62,429 nucleotides of DNA from a virus (Duplodnaviria; Caudoviricetes), in IMG/VR virus record IMGVR_UViG_3300023174_000005, positions 1-62,429 of that record; one strand, given 5' to 3'. Of the stretch, positions 7,273-16,751 are shown piece by piece. The notes under the pieces are model-generated. The model was not told where the DNA came from. It did not search any database and saw nothing but the letters and a program-made list of their open reading frames with translations. A program made the translations under genes and the position numbers. How positions within the stretch are numbered: position 1 is the stretch's first letter; every line of letters starts with the position of its first letter.

Positions 7273-9628
7273 TTTTTGCTCCTTGTTGGGCATTTCGTAT
7301 GGCATCTTGAGAATTCTTCTGTGCAGCAGCCTGTTGTTGCAGTGCTAAACGTGCAGTATCAAACTGAACATCGGCCTGTTCCTTCTGTTGATCAAGGCCA
7401 AGGCGCTGTTGGTCCATCTGCAGCTTAGCTTGATCGCGCTGAGCGCTCTGTCCAAGCTCTTGTTTCTTTAATTCAACCAGAGGATCGGTCTGTGGGCCCA
7501 TTAATTGGTTCTGCAAAGCCTTGACCTCTTGGAAACCTTGCGCAACCTTAATTGCAATCATCGCTTCACGCTGCAAAGATGAGATAAGTTGGTCAGGATC
7601 TGTGCCGTACTGCTGGAACAATTCCGCTTCCACCTCTTCTTCCGCCTTCAAGCGGATGTGATCAAAGATGTGCTTCTGCAAAGTAACCGCCACGTTAGGC
7701 ATACCCTGCATCATCGGGCTCATACCAAACAAGATATGGGTCAGGATGTGCGCATCGTGCTGCTGGCCGGCAAAAGCTTTGAGTGGTGAGCCATCAAGCG
7801 CCTGTGCGTTCTCGCTTGCAGGATCCTTTGGCTTGTCCACTTGCTGTGTGTTCAAAATGGTGTCGATATCCCGCACACCAATGGCTTCATACATGCGGCG
7901 ATAGGCCTCATACATGTTGTGCATCTGCGGTGCGCTCTGCGCCAGTTGCAACTGCGTCTGCGCCATCGTGATACGCTGGGCAACAGAGAAGATGTTGGGG
8001 TCAGAGACAGGCAAGACATCGATGCGGTCATCAAAGTCACGTGCCTTGATTCTGCGGCTCTCGCCGGGCACATCGTATGGATATTCAGCAGGCAAATAGT
8101 CGGCAAAACCTTTAGCCAGCAATTGAAATTCCATGCGCTGGCTGTAATGCAAACGCTTGTGAATAGCCGACATGACCGCACTGCCTTTTTCAAGCAAAGC
8201 AATCGTCGTTCCCACGGCAGCATTCTGGTTGCTATCACCCACTTGCATGTCGGTGATGCTTGCCAAACGGCGACCAGCATCTACGCAGAAACCAAGCAAC
8301 GCAAACAGCGTCTGGCTTGGCTCTTTGTACGGCAATGGCAACAAGGATGCAGACAACTCTGCCCCACCCGCGTCCATATCCCTGAACTCACCGGGCGACA
8401 AAGGTGTATCGTCGTTTGCAATGCGCGCGCCCTTGGCTTTAAAGCCTGCAGGCAGGTTAGCCAGCGTTCCAGCGTCCACCAATTGCTGCAAAGCAGAGGT
8501 AGCCGTCTTCGTAAGACCACCAACCAAGTGCAAGAAGCCTAGACCATACGCTCCGGGGCCTTGGACCAGCAAGTAATGTACGTAGTACTGCTTGCGCGCA
8601 AACAGAGGATCGCCCTCTTTCCAGTTACGGCGCACACCAACAACAGATTGAGAGATTTCGTCAATGGTGACGATGTAAGGCAGCTTGATGCCTGTCTCTT
8701 CGCCGTCTTCATCCTTGTGCTCAAAGCCGCGGATGTCCAAATCAACCAAGAACTCAAGCAAACAGATCTCTTCTTCCACGCCAGTAGGATCCACACCCGT
8801 AGTGCGGTCTGTTTCCTTCTTGATAATGCTCTGGCCCGTCTCTGCCGCAGTCGTCATTTGCGCTGTATCCAAGTATTGACCACGAATGACCGCCTTGCGG
8901 TAGTCGTTGGTGGACATCGGAACGCGGTGCGTGATCCGCTGGCATTCGCTCATCACAGATGAGCCTGTATAGGGTATATACAGATTATCTGGCAGCACCA
9001 AAGCGCTTACCATGCGGCCCTTGGTCTCGTCGTAATAAACTTTCTTGAATGCCGAGCCACCAAAGCCAACGTAGAACAGCAACTGATCAAAGTCGGGGGT
9101 GTACTCTTCCATCACCGTGGTGATTTGGTAGTTCATGAAGTCACGCACGCGGTCCGCTTGCATCAACTTCTCACGTGTTTCTTTGCCCAGCACTTGCGTG
9201 CGCACGGGCCCGCCCGCGGGCATCAATTCCTTAAGCGCTTGGGCTTGGAACTGAACAATACTCTCTGTCAAAAGTGGGTGCTGCACGCCGCACGCGCCCT
9301 TGAATGGCTTGGTGCGCTCTTCAAACGTAAAGCCCAGCATCTTCATGCCCTTGCTGTACTGCTCTTCCCACTCCTTGCGTGAAGATTTGTCAGCATCAAA
9401 CAACGACATCAAGTCAGACGAGATAAGCTGCAAGACATCAGGCTCAATGATCTCTGCTAAGTTGCTGTCATAGGCCACATCGTCGTCTTCTGCACCAATG
9501 TTTACAACAACTTCACCGGTTTCTGTATCAAACTCAATGTCAATATCCGAGGGCAACTCATCTTCCATCTCAATGGCGACATCGCCCTCAGGCAAGTCGT
9601 CGATTGTCATGTTCTTTTCAATTGGCAT
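7244..9628 (-). CDS. Portal protein (podovirus/P22-like)
   Basis: 794 aa, HPLLxESIVQFQA, GSAFKKVYYD, Gln-rich helical C-terminal barrel region; head-module position. Confidence 0.88.
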   Translation of the reverse strand: MPIEKNMTIDDLPEGDVAIEMEDELPSDIDIEFDTETGEVVVNIGAEDDDVAYDSNLAEIIEPDVLQLISSDLMSLFDADKSSRKEWEEQYSKGMKMLGFTFEERTKPFKGACGVQHPLLTESIVQFQAQALKELMPAGGPVRTQVLGKETREKLMQADRVRDFMNYQITTVMEEYTPDFDQLLFYVGFGGSAFKKVYYDETKGRMVSALVLPDNLYIPYTGSSVMSECQRITHRVPMSTNDYRKAVIRGQYLDTAQMTTAAETGQSIIKKETDRTTGVDPTGVEEEICLLEFLVDLDIRGFEHKDEDGEETGIKLPYIVTIDEISQSVVGVRRNWKEGDPLFARKQYYVHYLLVQGPGAYGLGFLHLVGGLTKTATSALQQLVDAGTLANLPAGFKAKGARIANDDTPLSPGEFRDMDAGGAELSASLLPLPYKEPSQTLFALLGFCVDAGRRLASITDMQVGDSNQNAAVGTTIALLEKGSAVMSAIHKRLHYSQRMEFQLLAKGFADYLPAEYPYDVPGESRRIKARDFDDRIDVLPVSDPNIFSVAQRITMAQTQLQLAQSAPQMHNMYEAYRRMYEAIGVRDIDTILNTQQVDKPKDPASENAQALDGSPLKAFAGQQHDAHILTHILFGMSPMMQGMPNVAVTLQKHIFDHIRLKAEEEVEAELFQQYGTDPDQLISSLQREAMIAIKVAQGFQEVKALQNQLMGPQTDPLVELKKQELGQSAQRDQAKLQMDQQRLGLDQQKEQADVQFDTARLALQQQAAAQKNSQDAIRNAQQGAKNANQSNKKD

Positions 9629-9637
9629 GTTGTGTCC

Positions 9638-12600
9638 TTACAGATATCTGCGGTTATCGTTGGGCTGGCGCTCGATCATACCCCCATGCGCCTTTTCTTT
9701 GGGGAGTCCAAATAAATTCATTTGGATTTGGCGCGCCTTGTTGGTTGGTATGGTTTCGCGAACTGTTTTAACCAAATCAGGCAGTCTATCTTTGTCTACA
9801 AAATAAGAGTTACCGTTAAGTTCTACAAGTTTTTTATTAAATAAATCAGCGTATGCGCCAAACTCTTCTTTTGATAGATTTTTTCTTGAAACCCCGTAAT
9901 CAGAGAAATCCACGGTATTACGCATGTCCACCATGTTAATGCCATCTAAATTTTCCACGCGTTGCAGATCAGGGCCTTGACGTTTAATAAAATCCTGAAC
10001 CTGCTGGAGATACGGAGAACCTTTTAGATCAGCGTTATTAAATTTGCCTTTGATTTCTGTGATGCTTTTCTCTGGTCGGTACTCTTTAACATACTGCTGA
10101 TACTCAGGCATAGCCCTAACTTTGGCCTCAATCTGAGCATCCGCTGCAGTATGCCAGCCATATGCTGACTTAGACATTTCATCTAATATAGAACTGTCGT
10201 TATTGGTCAAATAAATGTACTTGGCAAATTCAGCAACTGAAGGCTGTGGTTGGTTTAAAGTAAGCTGCACACGTGGCTCAAACTTCTTATCCAACAAAAT
10301 GTTTAGTCGGTTTTCGCCAGAACCGTAGTCCATGGCATAAGTAGCTTTATCCGTACACCAGCCTCCTGCACAGCCAATGTCTTTTACCATCTCTGCGTGG
10401 TTTGGATTGTCGGCTAAATCAGCAGGACTAATCCACTTGTTACCGTTGTCATAACTGTGGCTTACGATCTGCGGATCTTTAGAAATCGCAACGCCTGCAA
10501 GTTCTGCTTGTTTTTTAGCTGTCCATTCCTGTTTTAATGCCACGCGATTAGATGCCTGCGCAGGAGTCAAACCTTCCAACGTTTTTTCTGTTAAAACGTA
10601 CTCTTTAGGCATTGGCACTTCTTCGCCATACGCCTTAAAAACCTTTTCGTTAAACATCTTTTTCATCTGATCTACAAGAACCTCAAGTTTAAGATTCTCT
10701 GTGACATATCCGCTCATTTCGCTCAGACGCATCTCAGGTTGCGTGCTTTGAAATTGTTTTAACGCAGAAGGAATTACTTTATCGGACAAGTCTTGCAACT
10801 GAACCGGATAAATTGATGAATCTACAATTGCTTCTGCTTCTTGACCTTTTGCTGTTTTTGCAAAACCAGCTTTTGGAAACCCTTCTCTTTCCCGATCAGT
10901 TGCAAGGTATTTAGAAATTGAATATGGATCGTTTTCTAAAAATTTAGGAGACATAAAATGCAGTTTTTGACCTTTTTCTGCCGCCTGAACCATTTGATCT
11001 TGCTCTGTTCCAAAATCACGGCGCAAATACGCACCCACTTTATTTCTTACCCAATTTGCCAAAGCAGGGTTATCTGACCGAATACCTGATTCAGTATCTG
11101 CCATGCGTGCAAAAAAATCTGCGTGCGCGTCGGCTTCATTCATCTCAGGACGAATTGCGCCAAACACGGTTGTTCTTTCCGGACGCACAATAAAAGGTGT
11201 GCCTTTATTGCGAATTGCATACGAAGCGCCGGGAACTGCCAACTGCTGGTTGTAACCTTGGAAATCACGGGCCAACATCTTGGCGGCTTCCCCTGTTTTT
11301 TCCGCAGCCTTCACGCCCGTGCGCGTAACGCCAGCCGGATTGACAAGATTGCTGCCTAGATCACCCGCACCGTAGAAACCAGCCAGCGTTGGGTCGGTAG
11401 ATGGGGTAAACCCTAGGCCTTTTGCACGCAGTCCTTCTTTGATGTACTCACTGCCCATGAACGGTTTCTCAACACCACCGCCATATACGTTGGCAATCAT
11501 GTTGGAAATATCCATTGGCGCACCCAAGATATTCTGGGGTACGTTGGTCATGCCTTTAAGGAACTCTATCTGACCCTGACCAGACTGCAGCGCCTGAGAA
11601 ACAGGGCCTGCCTTGCGACCAATACCAGACTTAGAAGTAATAAAAGCAGCATTGCTTGCCGCTTCCCGCTCCGCCACCTCTTGCGCTGCGCGTTGCTCAA
11701 TTTGCTGCGGTGTTAAACGCTCGCCTTCTTCAGGACTTCCATCTGCACGCCGGACAGGCTTGTTGTATGGATAAAAATTATCACCTAACAAGGTCTTATG
11801 CAAGAACTGCGTAACAGGATTATCCCTGTACGTGTACGCAGGTTGTGGTGTGCTAGGCGGTAAATCACGGGGATCTAGTCGTGTCTGACGGGGCCCGGTC
11901 AACGCATCATAAACAGACATCACCCGAACGTTTGGAAACAACTTTTTCATTTCCGGATCACGCGTCAAGGACTTGCCCGTAATCTGCTCCAATGCAGACA
12001 AGGTTGCCATCTGCTCATCAAACAAAGCAGACGTATCGCCTTGTTGTTTCTTTAAAGCTGCCAATGTTTCTGGCTGAAAGTAGGCGTTGTTCAAAGGACG
12101 ACCAAAAAACTGCTCCAGCTTGTCCTTGTTTTCCACCATGTTCGTTGTGAATTGAGACAACGGTCTCCAATCACCCAGCATGTAATACGCTTGGTAGTTG
12201 TTGTCCACTTTCTTTATCTTTGGACGGCCCAACGGATCACCCGCCCTGAACGTAAGACTGTGCTCCAACTCATGCAGCTTAGTCTCTTCATCTCTTTGCG
12301 GGGATAATTTTCTTTGAATATTTAAAACATCTGGAGCATCTGAGTTTACATAACCCATGGTGCCGCCGCCTTCAGGGAAATACGAAAGCTTTGCGCCCGG
12401 ATTCAACGCCTTTATGTAAGCATCCAACTCCTTTGCGCTCCGAGTAGCGGGTAAAGGTGCACTGACAGGGGCTTGTGGTGGTTGAGTCGCAAACTTTATC
12501 TCTTGACCCTCCATATCCACTTCTCCGCCATCAGCGTAACTTCCCATTCTCTTAAAAAACGCAGGAATCTTGGCCAAACCCTTTGGTCCTTTGTCCACGT

Positions 12601-14434
12601 TTCTTTGAGCAAGGTCCATCAGGATTTGAAACTCCGTTGCAGCAGTAGCATCCACGTGCCGCGGCGCGCGGTCCTGCAAGACTGGACCAGAATAAGCGCC
12701 TACAGCATGCGCTACAAGTTCTTTTGGATCAGCCCGGTAGTACCGATTGTCTTCTTCAAACTCTGGGTACCGCTTACGCAAAAGTTGCGTGCGGTTGCGC
12801 CCCTCTGGCCCTACCATTTTTTCGTAGGCTTCAGTAAATTGATTGCTGTTGCCAAACATCTTTTGTTCTTTTGCTTGCTGCATCATCTGCCGGTCTGCCG
12901 CATGTGTCATTTCATGGGCTATTGTCGAAGGCATGTATGTTTCATGCACGTTTTTGTTAACTCTTATGTTACCAGTGCCAACGTTTGTTCTGTCCGAAGA
13001 GAATAGTCCGTGGGTTCCTTCAGGCAAATAGCTACTTACCGATATATCAGGGACCGCGTTCCGAGATTGCAAATACTGCTCAAGCGCTTGATATGCCTCG
13101 CCCTTGCGTGCGGTATCTTTTGCTTCGGCTAATTCATCACCATAGTTGGCTTTTTGAATTGCAGCATTTCTTCTTGCTTGACCAACCTGCCTGCTAATAT
13201 TAGGATTGCCAATAAACGGCTTGCTTACATCCTCTTCCGCGTCCACATCTCCGCCATCCGCAAACCGCTTGTTAAATTGCAGATTTAACTGGGGCGAACC
13301 CATTGTTCCACGTGGAACATTTAAGTTTGCATTGAACTGACCACCCTCAACAGGGCGCTCATATCCCAACGAATACGCCTGATTACCATGCACACCCGCC
13401 GATACACGGCCCTCACCCACAGGAAGTGATCCCATCAAATTAGCCATGGCCGGAGCGCCTTGGGGCTTGACAACATTTGCAGTAAACCCCAACCCCTCAG
13501 GATCTTGCTGCGTATACGCCAACATCAAAGCACGCGCCGTCTGCAGTTTCTCATCCTTGCTCATGTTGGCCATGTTCAGACCAGCCATGACAGAACCCTC
13601 ACCAGCCTTGGTCCGCGCGCCGAGCATCACGGAATCCGTTGTAACTCCGCGGTCCTTCATCCGATTGACATTGCTAAAGTAATTGATGTCGTCAGGACTC
13701 TTGTCAGAGTCCACTTCCCCACCCTCAGCCATGGTAATGGGTGTGACGCTTAAATCAAGAGATGCCAAATGATTGACAGGCTTGTACTCCCGCATCAGCT
13801 TTTCTGATTCGGTTTCCTTGTTCTCGTCAAATTCTTTCTCATCATCCTTGGCATCAGCCAAAGCCGCTAAAGCAAAAGCAGCCTGATAACTTGCGGGCAT
13901 GTTCTTAATGTCCGGCATGCCTTTGCTGGCACTTGCCACAGTTGTTGCCGCTGGCGCTTTAGCCGACATCCCCGAAGAAAGGGCCTTGGTCATCGTCTCT
14001 TCAGCAGGAGTTGGCTCTGTCTTGGCTACCGATGTTTCACGTGGAACATTTCCACCAAGCAATCCCTTAACACGCTCTACATAGGTGCGGGTTTCCGCCG
14101 GCAACTTCTTTGGGTCAGCACCAGCAGCAATCCATTTGTCCGTGGACCCCGGTCCCCAGTTATACGCAATCAACGCCTTCTCTGTATCGCCATACTTTTG
14201 CTTCATGGCCTGCAAGTAATCCTTGCCCACCCTTGCAATCTCGTCAGGAGATTTGTCCCTAGCAGGAACTACACCAAAGCCGGGGTCAAGGATGGTCTTG
14301 GGCATGACCTGCATCTCACCCAAAGCGCCCTTGGGACTGGTGGTCAGAGTTTTACCATCGTCCGCGTACCGCTTGCCGCGGCTCTCCGCTTGCTTAACAG
14401 CAGCAACTATCTCTTCAAACGTCTGTTGGGCCAT
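9638..14434 (-). CDS. Large multi-domain virion protein: N-terminal lytic transglycosylase, beta-rich module, two HExxH peptidase-like modules, C-terminal PcfJ-like region
   Basis: AESRG...SPKGALGEMQVMPKT...ALIAYNWGPG (SLT); AHEMTH and LHELEH; GGWC...LLDKKFEPRVQL...ITEIKGKFN. Confidence 0.8.
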   Translation of the reverse strand: MAQQTFEEIVAAVKQAESRGKRYADDGKTLTTSPKGALGEMQVMPKTILDPGFGVVPARDKSPDEIARVGKDYLQAMKQKYGDTEKALIAYNWGPGSTDKWIAAGADPKKLPAETRTYVERVKGLLGGNVPRETSVAKTEPTPAEETMTKALSSGMSAKAPAATTVASASKGMPDIKNMPASYQAAFALAALADAKDDEKEFDENKETESEKLMREYKPVNHLASLDLSVTPITMAEGGEVDSDKSPDDINYFSNVNRMKDRGVTTDSVMLGARTKAGEGSVMAGLNMANMSKDEKLQTARALMLAYTQQDPEGLGFTANVVKPQGAPAMANLMGSLPVGEGRVSAGVHGNQAYSLGYERPVEGGQFNANLNVPRGTMGSPQLNLQFNKRFADGGDVDAEEDVSKPFIGNPNISRQVGQARRNAAIQKANYGDELAEAKDTARKGEAYQALEQYLQSRNAVPDISVSSYLPEGTHGLFSSDRTNVGTGNIRVNKNVHETYMPSTIAHEMTHAADRQMMQQAKEQKMFGNSNQFTEAYEKMVGPEGRNRTQLLRKRYPEFEEDNRYYRADPKELVAHAVGAYSGPVLQDRAPRHVDATAATEFQILMDLAQRNVDKGPKGLAKIPAFFKRMGSYADGGEVDMEGQEIKFATQPPQAPVSAPLPATRSAKELDAYIKALNPGAKLSYFPEGGGTMGYVNSDAPDVLNIQRKLSPQRDEETKLHELEHSLTFRAGDPLGRPKIKKVDNNYQAYYMLGDWRPLSQFTTNMVENKDKLEQFFGRPLNNAYFQPETLAALKKQQGDTSALFDEQMATLSALEQITGKSLTRDPEMKKLFPNVRVMSVYDALTGPRQTRLDPRDLPPSTPQPAYTYRDNPVTQFLHKTLLGDNFYPYNKPVRRADGSPEEGERLTPQQIEQRAAQEVAEREAASNAAFITSKSGIGRKAGPVSQALQSGQGQIEFLKGMTNVPQNILGAPMDISNMIANVYGGGVEKPFMGSEYIKEGLRAKGLGFTPSTDPTLAGFYGAGDLGSNLVNPAGVTRTGVKAAEKTGEAAKMLARDFQGYNQQLAVPGASYAIRNKGTPFIVRPERTTVFGAIRPEMNEADAHADFFARMADTESGIRSDNPALANWVRNKVGAYLRRDFGTEQDQMVQAAEKGQKLHFMSPKFLENDPYSISKYLATDREREGFPKAGFAKTAKGQEAEAIVDSSIYPVQLQDLSDKVIPSALKQFQSTQPEMRLSEMSGYVTENLKLEVLVDQMKKMFNEKVFKAYGEEVPMPKEYVLTEKTLEGLTPAQASNRVALKQEWTAKKQAELAGVAISKDPQIVSHSYDNGNKWISPADLADNPNHAEMVKDIGCAGGWCTDKATYAMDYGSGENRLNILLDKKFEPRVQLTLNQPQPSVAEFAKYIYLTNNDSSILDEMSKSAYGWHTAADAQIEAKVRAMPEYQQYVKEYRPEKSITEIKGKFNNADLKGSPYLQQVQDFIKRQGPDLQRVENLDGINMVDMRNTVDFSDYGVSRKNLSKEEFGAYADLFNKKLVELNGNSYFVDKDRLPDLVKTVRETIPTNKARQIQMNLFGLPKEKAHGGMIERQPNDNRRYL

Positions 14435-14480
14435 GGTCCGAGGTCCTTGATCAAATATTCAAGACATTTTATGCGGCATT

Positions 14481-15950
14481 TCAATAATACTCAACCGGTG
14501 TTGTATCAGGCTCTGTCTCTTCATCGTCGTCAGACTCCAACGCAATAAAGTTACCCGCACGAAATCTCGTCCAAGCCATCACCGCAGTATCCACTTGGTC
14601 GTCATTGTTTCCATTAGGAAAAGCCGCGCATTCCTCTACAAGGTCCTCGGCCCACTCTTTCCCCTCAGGATACCAGATCATGCCGGACTCTAGTAACGGA
14701 GCAACAGCGTTGGCGCGGCTGACTTTGTCCTGACCAGACTTACGACCGCCCGGAGAAAACATCGTGACAGGAATGCCCATCTTACGCAGTTCCTGCTGCA
14801 GCGGAGTACCAGTCGCTTTTGCCTCAATCAAAACATTGTCTGGCTTCCAATACATGTATTCATCTTTAGCCATGCGCTTTAGCTCAGGGAAGTCCCAACG
14901 GCCTTTGCGCACATTAAGCAGCATCAGATTTGCACCGCTGTCCGCATCAGGATAGAACACGCCCCACGTCGAGATGACAGAAAAGTCAGCAGTCTCTTTC
15001 TTTGAGTACGCCGTGTCGTATACCTGAATCAGATACTCACACTCTGGTGGATCATCGTACTTCCACTTGCGCCACCAGTTACGCTTCAAAATAGCACCCT
15101 CATCATTCGTTGGCTGCTGCTGCCACTGGGCGTTCCACTTCTTCAAACCAATAGATACCTTAACCTTTTCTAACTCATCAAGGCTCCAGTAGTCAGGCCA
15201 CAAGGGTTTGCCGGACGGCAGGATGGCAGGGAACTCCAAGATCTCCCACTGGTCTGACTTCAAATAGCCCTGCTGCTTGAGCAGGCGTCCCGACAGATCG
15301 TCTGTCTTCCAACGCGTATTAATGACAATGATTGCGCCGCCCGGTTGCAAACGCTGACGAGGACCGGACGTGTACCACTCCCACGTGTTCTCCATCGCAG
15401 TTTCAGACACAGCATCCTGCTCGTCCAAAATATCATCCAGCACGACAACATTACCACCACGGCCCGTCATCGCACCGCCCTTACCAATGAAGAACGCTTC
15501 ACCGCCTTGGGCCGTGTTCCACCTTCCCGCCGCTTTACTGTCCACGGACAGCGCCATCTTTGGAAACAACTCTTTATAGCGTTCGTCATCGACAAGGTTA
15601 CGAATCATCCTACCAAAACGCTGCGCTAACTCTGCAGTGTGAGAACCCACAATCAGCTTTGTATCAGGGTTTCTACCCATAAGATACGCCGGGAACAGAT
15701 AGCTCCCAAGCTGGGACTTGCCATGACGGGGAGGCATCGCAATCATCAGGCGTTTGCACTCGCCGGTTATTACACGGTCCAGAGCTTTGGCGATACGTTT
15801 GTGGTGTTCCCCAACAAGCATCTCGGGCCAGACGTACTGGCAAAAGGACAGGAAGTCAGTGGTTGCACGCTCTTGCGCTTCAAGAAGTTTGAGGCGAAGC
15901 TCCAAGCGAAGCTGTTCTTCTTGGACGTCATCGGGTTTTATAGAGTGCAT
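14481..15950 (-). CDS. terL: Terminase large subunit
   Basis: PPRHGKS Walker A, VVLDD Walker B, nuclease domain DTAY...IEAKATG...DDQVD. Confidence 0.95.
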   Translation of the reverse strand: MHSIKPDDVQEEQLRLELRLKLLEAQERATTDFLSFCQYVWPEMLVGEHHKRIAKALDRVITGECKRLMIAMPPRHGKSQLGSYLFPAYLMGRNPDTKLIVGSHTAELAQRFGRMIRNLVDDERYKELFPKMALSVDSKAAGRWNTAQGGEAFFIGKGGAMTGRGGNVVVLDDILDEQDAVSETAMENTWEWYTSGPRQRLQPGGAIIVINTRWKTDDLSGRLLKQQGYLKSDQWEILEFPAILPSGKPLWPDYWSLDELEKVKVSIGLKKWNAQWQQQPTNDEGAILKRNWWRKWKYDDPPECEYLIQVYDTAYSKKETADFSVISTWGVFYPDADSGANLMLLNVRKGRWDFPELKRMAKDEYMYWKPDNVLIEAKATGTPLQQELRKMGIPVTMFSPGGRKSGQDKVSRANAVAPLLESGMIWYPEGKEWAEDLVEECAAFPNGNNDDQVDTAVMAWTRFRAGNFIALESDDDEETEPDTTPVEYY

Positions 15951-16150
15951 AGGCCACGTTTTGAAATTTGCATAAATATAACCCCTGATTGCATTTAAAA
16001 CAACAAGGGGGGTCTTTTCCGCGGACCAAGTTTAAAAAGGTTTGAAATTTGGCAGAAACAGGGCGAAGGTTTCGGCTGCGCTTGACGGGCTGTTTATGGC
16101 CCTCCCCCCTCTAAAGGATGTAACCCTATACGTAGACAACAGAGGTAAGA

Positions 16151-16177
16151 GCGGGCCCACCCACCCCCGCCACCACC
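16151..16177. repeat. 27-bp C-rich direct repeat, copy 1
   Basis: GCGGGCCCACCCACCCCCGCCACCACC identical at 17804-17830; both followed by AGGGAAAAAAT and an A-run. Confidence 0.9.
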
Positions 16178-16216
16178 TATGAGGGAAAAAATAAGAAAAA
16201 AAAGAGTAAGGGTAAA

Positions 16217-16374
16217 CACCGATGGCGTGCCATCGGTGCCTGTGCTATGCATACAGGGCCTGTGGCCCTGTATTACTATACTCTGTATAGTAATACACCG
16301 GCTGACAAAAAAGGCAGCCGACTCGGCTGCCTTCGGGTTTGTGATTTCTAGGTTGTATGTACATACAACCTAGA
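16217..16374. repeat. Cluster of five perfect inverted repeats
   Basis: Stems at 16217-16238, 16251-16273, 16269-16297, 16311-16333 and a 28-bp perfect palindrome at 16347-16374. Confidence 0.9.
16306..16333 (-). terminator. Intrinsic terminator closing the early gene block
   Basis: AAGGCAGCCG/CGGCTGCCTT stem followed by a T run on the minus strand. Confidence 0.65.
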
Positions 16375-16381
16375 CCAGCGC

Positions 16382-16687
16382 TTACTGGGCCGTGGCCTTG
16401 TCCTTGTCCAATTTCTCTTGGGCCTTCTTGGCTTCGTATCGTTCTTGGCTTTCTTTGCCAAGTCTACGGGCCTCGGCCCTGTCGGTGATTTGCTCTTGTG
16501 ACACTTTGATTGTCACAGGGCCATTGTCATACACGCACAAGTCTAGACTTGTCTCCCAGTCATACTGGGTGCTGATTGCAGTCAGACTATGCAAGAACCC
16601 GATCAGTTCGTGAACGTCTTTTTTGACAAGGCCTTCAGGTAACCCAAACTTGTTACCATCAATAGAAATTACTGTTACTGTTTTCAT
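16382..16687 (-). CDS. Hypothetical early protein
   Basis: Own promoter, hairpin and purine-rich RBS. Confidence 0.75.
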   Translation of the reverse strand: MKTVTVISIDGNKFGLPEGLVKKDVHELIGFLHSLTAISTQYDWETSLDLCVYDNGPVTIKVSQEQITDRAEARRLGKESQERYEAKKAQEKLDKDKATAQ

Positions 16688-16748
16688 GATCTCTCTTCTT
16701 TCTTAAGGTTGCACTGGACCGGCTGGTCCAGTGCTTGAATTATATCAC
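16688..16748 (-). promoter_or_regulatory. Promoter-hairpin-RBS cassette
   Basis: TGATATAATTCAA, 10-bp stem GCACTGGACC/GGTCCAGTGC, AGAAAGAAGAGAG. Confidence 0.75.
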
Positions 16749-16751
16749 GGA

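Noticed and set aside
7589-9806. Many antisense and alternate-frame ORFs inside the portal and other long genes
   Set aside because: Shadow ORFs with no motifs or RBS
16347-16374. Protelomerase (telRL) site
   Set aside because: Perfect palindrome, but no protelomerase or plasmid partition genes recognised
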